A stretch of DNA of 64,000 bases from Phoronis australis (GCA_002633005.1 NMRA01000025.1:1594612-1658611), one strand, 5' to 3'; positions 12,601 through 24,600 are shown, counted from the stretch's first letter. Numbers and translations: made by a program. Notes: generated from the letters alone by a model not told the origin.

Positions 12601-15600
12601 CCACTTACTATGTCAGCAAGTACTGTTTCAGATCAGTGAATGGGACTACAATTCATTTCCTGCAGCATTGTATTATTAATGTTGTTTCTACGACAGTGTT
12701 GGGTTGGAACCCTTCCGGTCCCATCTCATCCTGGTTAATGTTGTCTGCTTATTAAACCCGATAAACTTTCGATTCACTGTTTAGTTTATCTGGTGCTGGA
12801 TTACAAACACGGACGATTCGTTTCCGGCCGACACAAATCATTTGCAATTACGAGGGGGGGTGTGAATAATTGCTCAATTCAAACCTGGGTTTACCCAGGA
12901 GATAAATCTATCAAAATCACGTGCTCTATGCAAGCAATTACAACAAGAGGGAAGTCAATTAATTGCTAAATTCCAAACCTGGGTCAACCCATGAGAAAAG
13001 TCTAGCAGAATCACATGCTCCGTCTGAAAATACACGGCCATGTTTCAAAGTTTTACCTGTTCTCGCCAAACACTCAAAAACTTGCTCTACTGAACTCAAA
13101 AAAGCATAAGAAATGGTGCATTACACAAAAAAAATTAGATTAGGTAATTCGAAAACTTGTCACCTATACAAACCTACGTCGGTGATGACCAAGACGTTGT
13201 AGGCCTAATTTTGTGCCCACTGTCATGCCACCATCGTCCCCAGTAGGCTTCTATCAGCTGGTTTCCCTGTTCTAAAGTATAAGTGCGGTGGTATTGTCAG
13301 TGATTTTTCTTGTTGTGTTTGTAAAATAAGTTTATCGTATTCTCGTTGACCTCTTGTGATTTCTTCCCAGTTGCAACAGAACAGCTACGATAAAAGGCAG
13401 CGCACACATTGGATAGCGTGCAAATACTTTGAGTTTTGTCAACAGCTATTAATATACGAGTTCCATTCACGCTGCCACACAGCGCACTGAAAACACCCAT
13501 ACCCATTTATTAGCACAAACATTTTGTGTATTCATGGGTTATTAGCTGATTAGTGCCTTTCTCTCCAGCATATCTGAACACTGTTTTCTTGTCTGAAGTT
13601 GAAAATTGATGCGTGAATAACAGCACAGTCTGATCGAGATTATTATTATTATTTCTCACTGCGAGTTTACTGACGTGTAACTAATGATGAGTCTGCATAT
13701 AAATATGTGGGCCATAAAAATGCAAGGGAAGGGGTGGAGAAAAAATGAAATAACTGCATGCTCCGTGGTCGCCACCAAGTTAGCGTCGTATAGAGGCATT
13801 CCTGAAAGCTCCTGTGGGTAATTCCTGGTACGGGTTTTTAACATTTTTTCTTTCACCAACAGCCAGAATACGGGGGCGGCCTTAACATAAAATCAGGGCA
13901 ACAAATCAGTAACTTAATCGGTAGGTTTTAAAAAAATCGCACTGGGTGCATGTTTGCAGCACACGACCCAAGACTATCGTGGTTCCAGGAATGGGAGGAC
14001 ATTCATTTGGTTGGCTATCAATATCAATTTATGCACCCAAAACATTTCTGTGTCCTGTGCGGTTGTCATCAAAAATTACGCCACATCGTCACAAGCGAGC
14101 GTCCACATTTAATCTCTGAATGACGACTAATCTCGTAGTAGACAAGCGCCACTTCTATTAAAATCTACGGACTAGGCCTATATTGATTTAACAAAAGATC
14201 AGTTGATAAGTTTTAAAAAGGCATTTGCAGCGCTTGAGTTATTCGACAAACGTCACTTGAAAAACATACTTTTCAAGACGTATGTAAGCAGGTATTTCCG
14301 CAAACACGGAAGTCTGTGACGGAGGTGAAGCTGTCAATAAAAGCACGAGTTCAAGTGCAAGTTCTGTAAGCGGTAAGTTGGGGATGGGCGATTACCCGAG
14401 CACGGGGCGCTTAAACCGAAAATTGACAAAAAGTCAGGGATGGGCGATTACCCGGGCATGGGCGTAAACCTGCGAGTTCACGGTATCTCAATTTTCCACA
14501 GAATCTCTACTTTCCACCAAAAAGGCACTCATACTTAAATTTGGTCTAGGCCAGTAGGGCATGGTGCGATTCTCTAGCACAAAATACTGGCAACGTTCAG
14601 ATAAAAACTTCCATTTGAAGCTGCATTCAAGACAAATTCCAATAGAATTAACAGTACAAAGTGTCAAGCAAATAATATAAGTTAATGAATCAATCCCCTA
14701 TGACCTGTAATCCTAACTCATGTTCAATCAACCAATCAAGAATCCCCATTAATCAACCATACCCAGTCCATGTCCTGATTGGCTCATACAAGATGAAGAC
14801 CGTGGGTTCGTAGTAACCGTGCAAGAACTGAATATCCTGAACATTGGTGATTTTTTCGTCCAGATGGCGAAGGTCGATGTGATATGAGGACATGAACGGA
14901 GATTTACTGAAAGACAGTGATATTTTGAGAAATAAAACACGTGATGCTACTCAGGAAGAATTTCGCAAAAAGATAGTTTCACAATATATTATCATTATTA
15001 TGGAAAAAACAGGTGCCACTAAGGACCATACTAAGACACGCATCATATTATCAACAGCCGAAGGTTTAACACAAATTTTGTTACCATGGAATCGTCATGT
15101 TTAGTCAATTTTCCAAATCATTTTTGAGATCGCAAAATAACAACTATTATAATATTAAATTTGCCAGCTGTATAACTCGGGTAATTCATTCTTTTCATGA
15201 GATGAGAAGTATTGCCGCAAGTGCAGCCATAAAATCTTTAACAGCTGCAAGGGCAATACCACACACAGTTCATAGTACAATACCACACACAGTTCACAGT
15301 ACAATACCACTACTGATGCACCCCACTGAAAGCCAGTGCAACTGCTGGCAGTGAATACAATGCACACATACCTCCCTGACATGTCTTGTTCATCAACTGC
15401 AACGTCACGACGGAATGGTAAAACGACGAGACGAGAGCCATAGATGAGCATGACCACACAGCGACCATCAGGGTCGACACGAATTTGTGGCAGATGAACA
15501 TTCTTAAAGATACTGTCCTGCAATGACCAGCAAGAGCAAACCATAATCTTGAGATGACTGGGATAAGATAGCTCAACATCAGACGGTCATATTTCCAATT

Positions 15601-18600
15601 CCTCCTTTCAGGAGAAGTGCTTTTTACCAATGTCCAAATACAATAAATACAACATGAAGCAAAGTGACAAAAGCAAATTTCCATTAGGAAACACCCTTAT
15701 ACTGAAAACACTGAAAGTATGATATGTCAAGGCAATTTCTCCAAACACAAGAAGCATTATTAAATCAAAGCTATCACTGACTACAAAATTTTTGGTGTAC
15801 TGTCGTCTGCTTGCTTTGTTTACACGGTCAGGAGTTGGATTTCTGCTGCCTGTAATTGGTCAGATCACGAGTAGCAACATCTGACATCCGGGGGACAAAA
15901 ACGACAAGTGATGTCTCATGTCTAGCCGGTCAACATCACCTCAAAACGGAAGTGATGCTACTGCATTATAGCCAAACGGAGGACAGAAGAAACAGTGGTC
16001 ATCTAATAAAATAGTATGAAGACTATTATATTATAAACTTATGGAACAGCAAATGGGGAAATTACCTTTAATTCTTCATCTTCAAAGTAATGAAGTGACA
16101 ATGTTTTCAAATCATCAGTGGCTTGGTCATACTCAATTAATGACAACTGAAAAGACACATAGCCAGACCATTAAACAACATCATCAGGCACCGTGGGGTT
16201 CACAATGGGAGGTAACAACAAGCAACAGCAACTGATCATGTGGAGCAGACAACCCATGTTCCCAAGTTGTACAAGAGGGTACTCCTTACCTCCCAAAGAT
16301 TGACAAAGGGAAGACTTGTGACTTGAACAGAGAGCTGTTTATGGTAAACATCCCTTAAAGTGCTCTGTTATCCATTATCAACATTCTGATGTGGATTTTC
16401 ATGGAACAGTGAAACATGCTCACAGTGCCTGATACACGACATTTGTCAAGTGATTATTCGAGGGCTGGTTTAGATGAGGTCTCCCCTCTCAACAAAGAAC
16501 AAAACTGATTTGAACACAATCCTTGTTTTTTCAGAAATACTAAGTTAACTAACGCAGGCATATTTTAAACAAAGGATTCAACACAGGATTCAACATAGGA
16601 TTCAACATAGGATTTAACATAGGATTCAACATAGGATTCAAGACATGAAATACAAAAAATGTGAATGTGATCCGTATTTGAAGTAGCCAATGTGGTAGCC
16701 GAGACCACAAATTTCAAACAATGTTTCAAAATATTTCCTCCCTAACTTTGTGAATGCACAATAAGTTGGTGTTATCTGAATCACATAATAAACAAACTTT
16801 TAAAACGCCTTATCCATTTGTAACCCACAACTTTAAAGTTGTCCTGTCAGCTGGGAAGTGATGAGAAACATCCTACATTATTGGATGCCGTTTGCTATAT
16901 TTCAAAAACACACAACTTGAACACAAAAATAAAAGACTACCATAAAAGCAAGCACAATGTGTTTTTTTAACACAGACTTACCCTAGAACAAGTTACTCCT
17001 GGAACGATTTGTCGCTGGGTTTGGAGCTGTCCAGAGGCTATTTAAACTAGTGCAACTTGCCACACTTGCGACAGCTTACTCCCTCTTATTGAGGTGGGGA
17101 AACTTGATCTAGGGTAATTTGTGCCACTTCTAATCGCTATGTGGCCGCAAACTTGGGGCAACGCGAAAGTAATTACATGTATCAGCTGTGGTTACATACA
17201 CATATTCTTTTTCACGCCATATTCTTATCTGACAGCTGTTCATTTTCAGCAACAACTTCCACTAGTTATCAGATGTACGTTTATGTGTGTGTGTGTGTTC
17301 GTGTGTTTGTGTGCGTGTTTGTGTGTGTTTGTGTGTGCGTGTGTGTGGATGGGACTTTAGGGCTCGTCTAAGCGGGTATATATTTTTTTCATTTACCTTA
17401 TGCATGCTATTTTCTATAATTTTGTTGTGAACCGTACCAACAAGACAGAACATCACAGAAAAATAATAACTACTCAAATTAGGAAACTCAGACCTTGGCA
17501 TCCATAAACGCCAACAGGAGGCAGTCTCTGCTGAAACCAGTTAGGCGGACGGGTTGGACAGAGACGACTGTTCCAAACAAGGAGAAGGACGCCAAGCACT
17601 CCAGGCGGCTCCTCTTTGGTTTCACATCTTCACTCTTGCCAGCAACCTTTGTATTGGAGAAGTACGACAAAGATTCCTCAATCTCTTATGATTAAGACTT
17701 AAAGCTGCATTTTACATTTGCTTCGCTGCCAATTTTTAATTCTTAACTGAAGCACTATGGGGTTTAAAATCATCACCACGCACACATAATCTTTGACTTG
17801 TTGCCAAATGTGCGGGGTACATATGCCATTTTCGAATTTGCTATTTCAGGGTTGGTCAATTCCAATAAACTTTGATGCATTTTCTTCAGTTGATGATGGA
17901 TTTCATGTTTTTGTTGGCAACAAAAACAGAATCCTATCACCATAAGGAATATTACAAGATATGTTTAAATGTAACAGAATGTCTAATTTGATTTACGTTT
18001 TGAGCAAGCTAAACAAGGCGAAATGCGGCTTTAACCCAGCTATCCCATAAATGAGCATATTGACACAGACCATACTTCTGTACCTAACTGGTATGGTGCG
18101 TGTCAAGAAGGGAAAAAGAACCCCATAGAATTGAACACAAATGGCTATGTGAGACATACTAAATATCATACCGAGAGCTATGTTAGCATTACAAAAAAGT
18201 TCCTCAATGTTAGAAAGAAAGTTTAAACACTTTTGGAATGGCAATTTTAAAACACTTTTGGGATGATGCAGTAAAAGCTATATGGGAGAGAAGGCACTTT
18301 TTTCACTCTCTTCCCCCACCCATATTTTTCTTTTACTAGTAGTTTTTGAATATCTCCGAATGCAAGCAGCCACTTTTTAAAAAAATTAAGTTTGGCAACT
18401 TCCCGATCACCTGTCACTGAATTCAGCATGTCAAGCCAAAAAATGGTCCATTGAAGAAGGTTTGAAAATGCTATTGAATATCTTTAAGAATTATGAACAA
18501 ATTCAGCTAAAACGAAATTATCACATATATGCCAAACTAATCACCTCTGCATCATAATTTAACCGATATACTTGCAGCTCAGAGGAGCCAATGACAACTA

Positions 18601-18688
18601 GATTCTTCTCTGTTGGTGACAGAAAGTTGCAATATATGGACTGTTCAATCCCAGTAGGAGGGTGAAGCTGCTTGTGCAAGGCATACAT
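527..18688 (-). CDS. CPSF1: Cleavage and polyadenylation specificity factor subunit 1 (CPSF160), 5' part; gene continues beyond the left edge
   Basis: 14 GT-AG exons join in consistent phases and translate to the recognisable CPSF1 N-terminus: [15 protein letters not shown]...[11 protein letters not shown]...[10 protein letters not shown]...RVDPDGRC...FLHGYYEPT...[13 protein letters not shown]...[11 protein letters not shown]...[17 protein letters not shown]...[11 protein letters not shown]...[13 protein letters not shown]. Confidence 0.97.
901..942 (+). ncRNA. Minimal hammerhead ribozyme-like motif
   Basis: atatc-CTGATGA-t-GTCTA-acgaa-TAGAC-GAAA-cgtt-gattt: intact core boxes, 5-bp stem II, palindromic aacgtt at stem III, short stem I. 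Confidence 0.65.
1552..1657. repeat. 34-bp tandem repeat, about 3 copies
   Basis: Unit aaaagtgtgttcacatacccgacgtgacaagagc. Confidence 0.85.
2242..2397 (-). CDS. CPSF1: CPSF1 coding exon 13
   Basis: [52 protein letters not shown]. Confidence 0.94.
3430..3524 (-). CDS. CPSF1: CPSF1 coding exon 12
   Basis: [31 protein letters not shown]. Confidence 0.92.
3607..3932. mobile_element. Inverted-repeat element with two opposed hammerhead-like cores around a 50-bp tandem repeat (Penelope-like remnant)
   Basis: + strand CTGAAGA-tgtggga-cggt-tcccat-GAAAC (3869-3897); - strand CTGAAGA-tattggacggttatcat-GAAACATGTC (3667-3634); terminal taataaaaacaac/gttgtttttatta; inner 50-bp unit ttcctgcttttgttgtaactct... 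Confidence 0.55.
4041..4110 (-). CDS. CPSF1: CPSF1 coding exon 11
   Basis: [23 protein letters not shown], including the basic NLS-like PPSKKKR. Confidence 0.9.
4764..4877 (-). CDS. CPSF1: CPSF1 coding exon 10
   Basis: [38 protein letters not shown]. Confidence 0.9.
5246..5333 (-). CDS. CPSF1: CPSF1 coding exon 9
   Basis: [29 protein letters not shown]. Confidence 0.93.
5618..5711 (-). CDS. CPSF1: CPSF1 coding exon 8
   Basis: [31 protein letters not shown]. Confidence 0.93.
6228..6338 (-). CDS. CPSF1: CPSF1 coding exon 7
   Basis: [36 protein letters not shown]. Confidence 0.93.
6748..6887 (-). CDS. CPSF1: CPSF1 coding exon 6
   Basis: [46 protein letters not shown]. Confidence 0.93.
7461..7781. 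mobile_element. Short cagtgg...ccactg bounded element
   Basis: cagtggcagatctagg ... ccctctaaatccaccactg with a G/C-run hairpin near the end. Confidence 0.45.
7856..8361. mobile_element. MITE with 13-bp TIRs and 6-bp TSD
   Basis: cagggcttggaat ... attccaagccctg flanked by ttagat on both sides; internal repeated gcggaaa motif. Confidence 0.8.
9212..10457. mobile_element. TACCGT...ACGGTA TIR element (Tc1/mariner-pogo-type ends, TA site), short allele
   Basis: taccgttaacttgcaggttaatgccc ... gggcgtaaacccgcgagtttacggta; subterminal repeats gggcgattaccc...gggcgcttaaa. Confidence 0.7.
10740..10883 (-). CDS. CPSF1: CPSF1 coding exon 5 (duplicate copy A, probably the other haplotype)
   Basis: Same peptide and splice sites as 14763-14906; one synonymous His codon difference seen (CAT vs CAC). 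Confidence 0.75.
12212..14486. mobile_element. Same TIR element, long allele with about 1.1 kb extra internal sequence
   Basis: Same ends as 9212-10457; segment about 12492-13589 absent from the other copy. Confidence 0.7.
14763..14906 (-). CDS. CPSF1: CPSF1 coding exon 5 (copy B)
   Basis: [48 protein letters not shown]; 144 nt, phase 2-2. Confidence 0.9.
15372..15517 (-). CDS. CPSF1: CPSF1 coding exon 4
   Basis: [48 protein letters not shown]; cag/gtatg boundaries. Confidence 0.93.
16066..16146 (-). CDS. CPSF1: CPSF1 coding exon 3
   Basis: [27 protein letters not shown] between cag and gtaat. Confidence 0.93.
16572..16640. repeat. 12-bp tandem repeat
   Basis: (aggattcaacat)n, about 5-6 copies. 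Confidence 0.85.
16978..17117. mobile_element. Small MITE-like inverted repeat
   Basis: ttaccctagaacaagtt ... aacttgatctagggtaa. Confidence 0.5.
17284..17346. repeat. Imperfect (TG)n microsatellite
   Basis: Directly visible. Confidence 0.9.
17494..17646 (-). CDS. CPSF1: CPSF1 coding exon 2
   Basis: [51 protein letters not shown]; the aag acceptor is weak, so the 5' boundary is less certain. Confidence 0.88.
18545..18688 (-). CDS. CPSF1: CPSF1 coding exon 1
   Basis: [48 protein letters not shown], then a GT donor; a ttttgcag acceptor just upstream (18711) implies a 5' non-coding exon. Confidence 0.93.
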
Positions 18689-19524
18689 GGCGACGAAGTT
18701 ACGCGATAACCTGCAAAAATATGGCACATTGATAGGGGAACACCACTCAATTTTACTTCTTGGAATGAAAATATCAATGTCAATTGCAGTTTTTAGGTAT
18801 TCACACCAACAGACAGTTCATTGTCGTCCATTGCAATGATCACCAATTACTCAAACATAAACTATACTTTATATATGTTAACTCCCAACAACTATTCCGT
18901 CCATAACGGATAAGACACAAGTGGTATGATATTGGCCAGTCACATTCATCTCATTAAAGTTCGCTAACCATGAACTGAGAGGAAACATGGACCTGGGTCT
19001 AGTCTCCCAACTTGAACTCATACTTGAAATTATGACGTTACCAAGAACTCGTGATAATAAGTGTGCATTATTCTGTTCTAGAGTAAATTATGGTTAACAT
19101 AGCTCAATATTTAATCCATTTTGCACTCAATGACCCTAATTTAAAGCCATAACTATGAGTCTCAACGCGAAATCTTTATTTTGGACATGAGTTTCTTGCT
19201 CGAATTTTGGAGGTTTACAATCAAATGTAAACTTGGAACAAGACATTTTGTGTATAATGTTATACAGTGGAGCACACAATTATACATGTACTTGTCTTCA
19301 GTCAATGCTTTAAAGTAGACTGAGTAGAAAATGTCGAAATATAATGGAATTCATCGAATTCGAGTTCAGAGATTAGAGCCCGACATAAGCTCACACTTCA
19401 GCAACTCCAGTTTAACAACACTGTTTTACGGATCTGATTGGATGAATTCCTGTTTGGTATATTTGACGCTTTGAACTTTATTGACAGAGTCTAACTTAAA
19501 GACTGCATCACTGTCTCAACTAAC

Positions 19525-20475
19525 TGCAGCAGAGACAGTGGTCATATCATTAGCCATCCATACACTGCAAGCTTTTCCGCAAATTATGCCTCACACTGAC
19601 TTTATCAAAGTCATGTTGCTATAAGCAATACCTTTTGTGCAAAGGTCAACTTAGGAGGCCATTGATGTCTTTAACTCTTCCCAGCTTGAACAAATACCCC
19701 CCGCACTCAAACTTTCTTCGAACAGTCCTTCTTTCAGTTGCTCAAATCAGCAACTGCCCATTTTTACACTACTCGCATCAGCAGATATTACGTTACATCT
19801 CCTGGCACGAGCAGTGTAAAAATGACCAGTTCCTGATTTGGGCAGCTGAACGAAGAACTGTTCAACAAAAGAAGTGATTATGGGAGTTTTTGTTCCAGTT
19901 GGAAGGAATTAAAGACACCAGTGGCCTCCTAAAGGTGTCCCTCTATGCACAAAAGGTAATTATAGCAACATGATTTTGATCTTTTGATCATTGTGAGGCA
20001 TAATTCGCCGAAAGGCTCCCAGTGTATAGGATAGCCACAGTCTCTTCTGAGTACTGAGGGCATTTGAAACATTGGTACTGTCTAGGCTGGTGGTTGATTA
20101 GACAGTGACCACCGTCCTACTGGACCGCCAGTTCCCAAAATCGGTAACTCACCATTTTTAACACTGTGCGCGGCACGTGACATGATGTCATATCCCCTGG
20201 TGTGTGCAGAGTGAAAATGGTGAGTTACCGGTTTTGGGAACTGAACGAAGGACTGCTCAAAGAAAAAGTTTGATAACAGAAGTATTTGTTGAGTTGGAAG
20301 AAATTAAATACATCGACGGCCACCTAAGGTGTCCCTCTATGCACAAAAGGTATTTATAACTTGACTTTGATGTTTTAGTCAGTGTGAAACATAATTCGCC
20401 GAAAAGCTTCTGGTGTATGAAGCGCCTATAGGAGCTCCAGTAGAGTGCCAGTGGAGACAGTGGTCACTGTCTAGT
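19525..20475. repeat. Modular foldback-like repeat: about 170-190 bp arms and two related about 115-bp hairpins
   Basis: Arm inverted at about 19569-19736 and direct at about 19845-20017 and 20241-20410; hairpins at 19735-19847 and 20130-20243. Confidence 0.65.
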
Positions 20476-20809
20476 AGTTGATCCGTCGTCGTTGATGGAC
20501 ACCCGTCAATAAGCAGCAGTGGAACATTTCTGCACATATTCACTGCAAGCTTGTATATTCCAATTGTTTACAAATTCAGATCAGCACGCAGGATAATTTT
20601 AAGGGCCACTGCGTTTGACTGCAACTAGGCCTAACAGATACTAAATCAGTAAATGACAACTGACGGTGCGCCGGGTGCGAGATAAACGTGTTGTCAGTCC
20701 CAAGTTTCCAGATTATTCAGCGCATTTCAAAATATAATAAATAGCTGAACGGTGATCAGTTAAAATATTTTTTAAAAAATTGCAGGGAATACAACTAACA
20801 AACTTTCTC

Positions 20810-21545
20810 GTGTGTTTACTCTTCAGGTTAAAACAATGGGCATCAACATGGTGGTCGCCATCTTTGTAAAAACATGTAAAGTTAGCTATAATTTAATTCT
20901 TCAGTTTCGAAAATCAAATTTTCATCAATTTTGCTTAGAATATTTTATGAATGTCCTTTAGCTTAAGCAAAATCTAGTGAAATGAGTTGATTAGATGCGT
21001 CATCATGAGCCACTTTGCAGCTTTACTGAAGCTAAAGAAAATAAAATATTTAATACGTGACTAAAGTTGCAATCTTGAAAGTTGCCATCCGAGAGGGTTG
21101 TTTGTGTTGAGGATCATACATATTTATCGTGTTTTGGTAATAATCCGATACTTGGGTACTTGGCATTGGCTTTGTATTCTAACCATTAATAAATTGAAAG
21201 GTACACTATATAGAAATTGACAGAACTTGCTTTACTTTTGAGCACATGCCAGAAAAATACTGTAAAACATTGGGCTGTTCTGTTTCCATTCATTTTTGTC
21301 ATGGGCACGTTCGGGGATGGTGTGATGATTGACAGTCAATAATACTCAGATTTGAAGAATCTGCAGCATGCGAAAACTTGATAATGCCGGGCATTTTAAT
21401 TTGCTTCGTTAACATTTTCAAGTTAATCTTGATACTTTCATACTATCTAGCTAGTTACTGAGTCAGTCCTTCATGTGTACTGAAAACTAATGCCTGGTTG
21501 GGTGCATTATATATGTAGAAGGCCTTGACTGTATTTCTGTAGGGA
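20810..21545. promoter_or_regulatory. Candidate shared (bidirectional) promoter region of CPSF1 and the TRIM gene
   Basis: Genes are head-to-head with ATGs 2.86 kb apart; both first coding exons start with acceptors; YY1-like CGCCATCTT at about 20856-20864. Confidence 0.35.
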
Positions 21546-21665
21546 TGGAAGATGAGTTGACCTGCCCCGTCTGTCTCGAGCTGTATGCGGATCCTTTGCT
21601 GTTGCCTTGCTCCCATAGTGTTTGTAAGAAATGTCTCACAGATATCATTCAGAAGATGGACGAAG
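21545..21665 (+). CDS. TRIM exon: N-terminal RING part
   Basis: [40 protein letters not shown]; a tttctgtag acceptor lies 2 nt before the ATG. Confidence 0.88.
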
Positions 21666-24600
21666 GTATTTTTTTTGTTAATTATACTCTGCATTATATA
21701 TTTCAATGTGTGTTCTGGAAAGCTGTCCACTAATAATGAATATGTGTAGCTATTCCTTCCTTTAGAAGGATTCTAAACCCTGTTTCGAGGATTTCAACCA
21801 ATTCTCTTTCTGTCACCTGCTAATTAAATGCATCATTGGCATCAATCTATCAAGTTAAAGGCAGATCAACTGAAGTCACATGCTCCCTATGTCACAGACT
21901 GGACATTATGTTCCTAGGTGGGTGGTCTTTTCCCAAAGCTGTCGTTTAATTTGCTAAAAGCATAGGTCATGCTTGTCCATTTAGTTGACAATTGGAAAGG
22001 AGTTTTCAACTTTTCCTCCAAGGGTTGTCAACGGCCACAGAGTATCATATTGTTTCAGAGAACATGGAAGGGAAAGTCGTTTTTAATATCTGATGATAGA
22101 CCAAAACTGGGTTTGGTATCCTGATCAGTTACCTTGATCAATGTTTTTACTTTTTTCTATGGTGATTTACTGTTTAGCTGTCAATGTTGAATTCTTAAAT
22201 GAAGCGCTTTTGGGGCTTAGATATATTATCACTCTTATCCAATATTGAATTTTAGCCGAATGAGTTGGCAACTCAAGTCACAGGCAATGAATACTTGAGC
22301 CGTTTTCAAATTCACAATTTTAGCAAATGCTAGTAAATTGTGATTAAAGCTTTCTCTCGAGTTGGTGATGGCTTTGATTGTCATGTTTTTTATGGAAATG
22401 AGAAATGGAACCCTATTGTGGAAAGGAATATTTTATGAGAATGATTTTATGAAAGTGAAAGGTCTAATATGATGTGTGGTTTTTAGCTAAATAGGGCGAA
22501 GTGTGACTATTGGTGAATTTCCATCATGTTATTTAATTTTATCAAGTAATAAATAAATTTTGGTTTGATACATTTTTACTAAATATGTATGTGTATAATG
22601 AGTAATTTATTGAGCGATGTAATTTTTTGTAGCTCCACGGTGCCCAAGTTGTCGGCATACTTTGTCTGTAACCACGGAAACAATTCAGTCCTTGCCGCGG
22701 AATCGAGCTCTGGAAAATGTAATTTTTCGTTACTCTGAGGACCGCAGCCGGGCTCTGTCTGCCTCCCCGACGTGCATGCAGCAACCTGAAAAGTTGGGCA
22801 AGAAAGAGTTGCGAGACTCCGACTTTCTGGCTGAGCAAGGCACACTGTGCGATATGTGTGACCAGGCTAGCTCCTCCAATAAAGCGTCGAAGTACTGTAC
22901 GCAGTGCCAAGTTTACTACTGTCTTCCGTGCCTTGATCGTTTTCATCCAAAAAAGGGTCCCCTAGCCAAGCACCGTCTCACGGCACCCGCTGAACAGAGT
23001 GGGGACAACATGTCCAGTCTCCGCTGCTCAGTACACCCTGAGGAAAATGGGAATATTTACTGCGACTGTTGCTCAATTCTAGTCTGTAGGCTGTGTCTGT
23101 GTGATGCTGAGGGCAAACATATGGGTCATCAGTGCCTGACTCCTGAAGCGGCGGAAACTAAGATAGCGACCATAGTTAAGACCAGTAAACTTGCTCTGGA
23201 GCAACAGTTGGATAACTTGACCAGCCAGCAGGCCAGAATTAAGATGTTGCGGGATGAGACAAGTGTACGTGTCTAGTTTCTAAATTTCTAAAACACTTGA
23301 GGGCACTATTTGTTGCATTTTAGTTCACAATCCTTGGTATGCAATGATTTTTTAAAATAGTGATGTGTAAAAGAGACTGCATTTTTATACTTGGTACGTA
23401 GAGTGATTAAATTTAGTTTGCAACTTATGTTTAATTTTGATCTATATTTTTATTTTTGTCCATGTTGCGAACATTGATCCTGTTGAGAAAATGGACTGGT
23501 TTGTTTGCAGGCTACTCATGAAAGTGCTTTGGCTCGAGTGGAAAGACAACACCACCAACTAGAGCTGGACCTAATGAGTGCCCTGGAGTCTTGTAAACAC
23601 GCCATGTTGGAGAAACTTAACAACTTGAGCGTAAGTTGCATGTTAGGCCAAAGTAGTGTGTTTGGTTCTGGTATGTAGTTGGTAGGCCAAAGTAGTGTGT
23701 TTGGTTCTGGTATGTAGTTGGTAGGCCAAAGTAGTGTGTTTGGTTCTGTTATGCAGTTGTTAGGCCAAAGTAGTGTGTTTGGTTCTGGTATGTAGTTGGT
23801 TTGGAAATATATGTCTCTATGCAGCTGCTGGCCGAGAGAGCTCATTTTGTACTCGCCCCCCTCAACAAAAGAAAACTTTCCAGTGCCACTGATTTATAGT
23901 TATTTTCAAAGCAGTGACTATATCTGATTTGACAAGCCATGTTAAAATCTAATTTGAATGCATTGAGGCCTTCGAAAAGAAGACAAACTTTTGGGCAAAA
24001 ACTGATGCGGACATTTTTTAAATAGGGATGTGCAGTTTCATATGTGGGGTTGTGGACGAAGGCCGGAGAAAAAAAATGCTTTTGGGCCCCATCATAATTA
24101 CGTTTTTATTAAATTTTGTCCAAAGGTGACTTCGTGAACCTAAACTTAAGCCTTTGAGGGCTTTTGGGCTCCATTAATTTGTAGCTGGAGAATGGAAGTA
24201 GACCTCAATGATATTATCCGCTATTGTATACTGAAGGTAAATAGTTACAAGAATAGAGACTGTTACTTCTATGAAGTATTTTTCTACGCTTGTTTTCACT
24301 TCTTCACTAAAGCAATGCTTATCAACACCAGTTTAAATGTTTGAGAACATGTCAACAAAAGCATTATGTCCACTCCTAAAGTGTCATTCTTATTTGCTGT
24401 ATTCTGCTAATAAAATTAAAAAGTCTTAGTAATAATGCTATGAAAGATGGTGTTAAAACAATGAACTGTTTCAAGCAGTGACAGAGTTGTGTTTACAACT
24501 GACGCCACTTATAGGTGGATATGACATTGTCAACAGACTATCTCACACCTTGTAACATTTGGCCGAAGTTGACTGCTCACTGTGAAGATTATCATCTGAC

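Larger units (their letters stand above)
8598..15305. repeat. Tandem near-identical segment pair (8598-11314 and 11581-15305) flanking an N-gap; probable haplotype duplication
   Basis: Collinear near-identical sequence including CPSF1 exon 5; junction falls in gap 11315-11580, bordered by a 24-bp repeat and a C-run. Confidence 0.9.

Noticed and set aside
12700-12745. Minus-strand INQDEMG resembling the pogo-transposase N-x-D-E motif inside the TIR element
   Set aside because: Too short and the surrounding translation shows no further DDE similarity by eye; needs BLASTX
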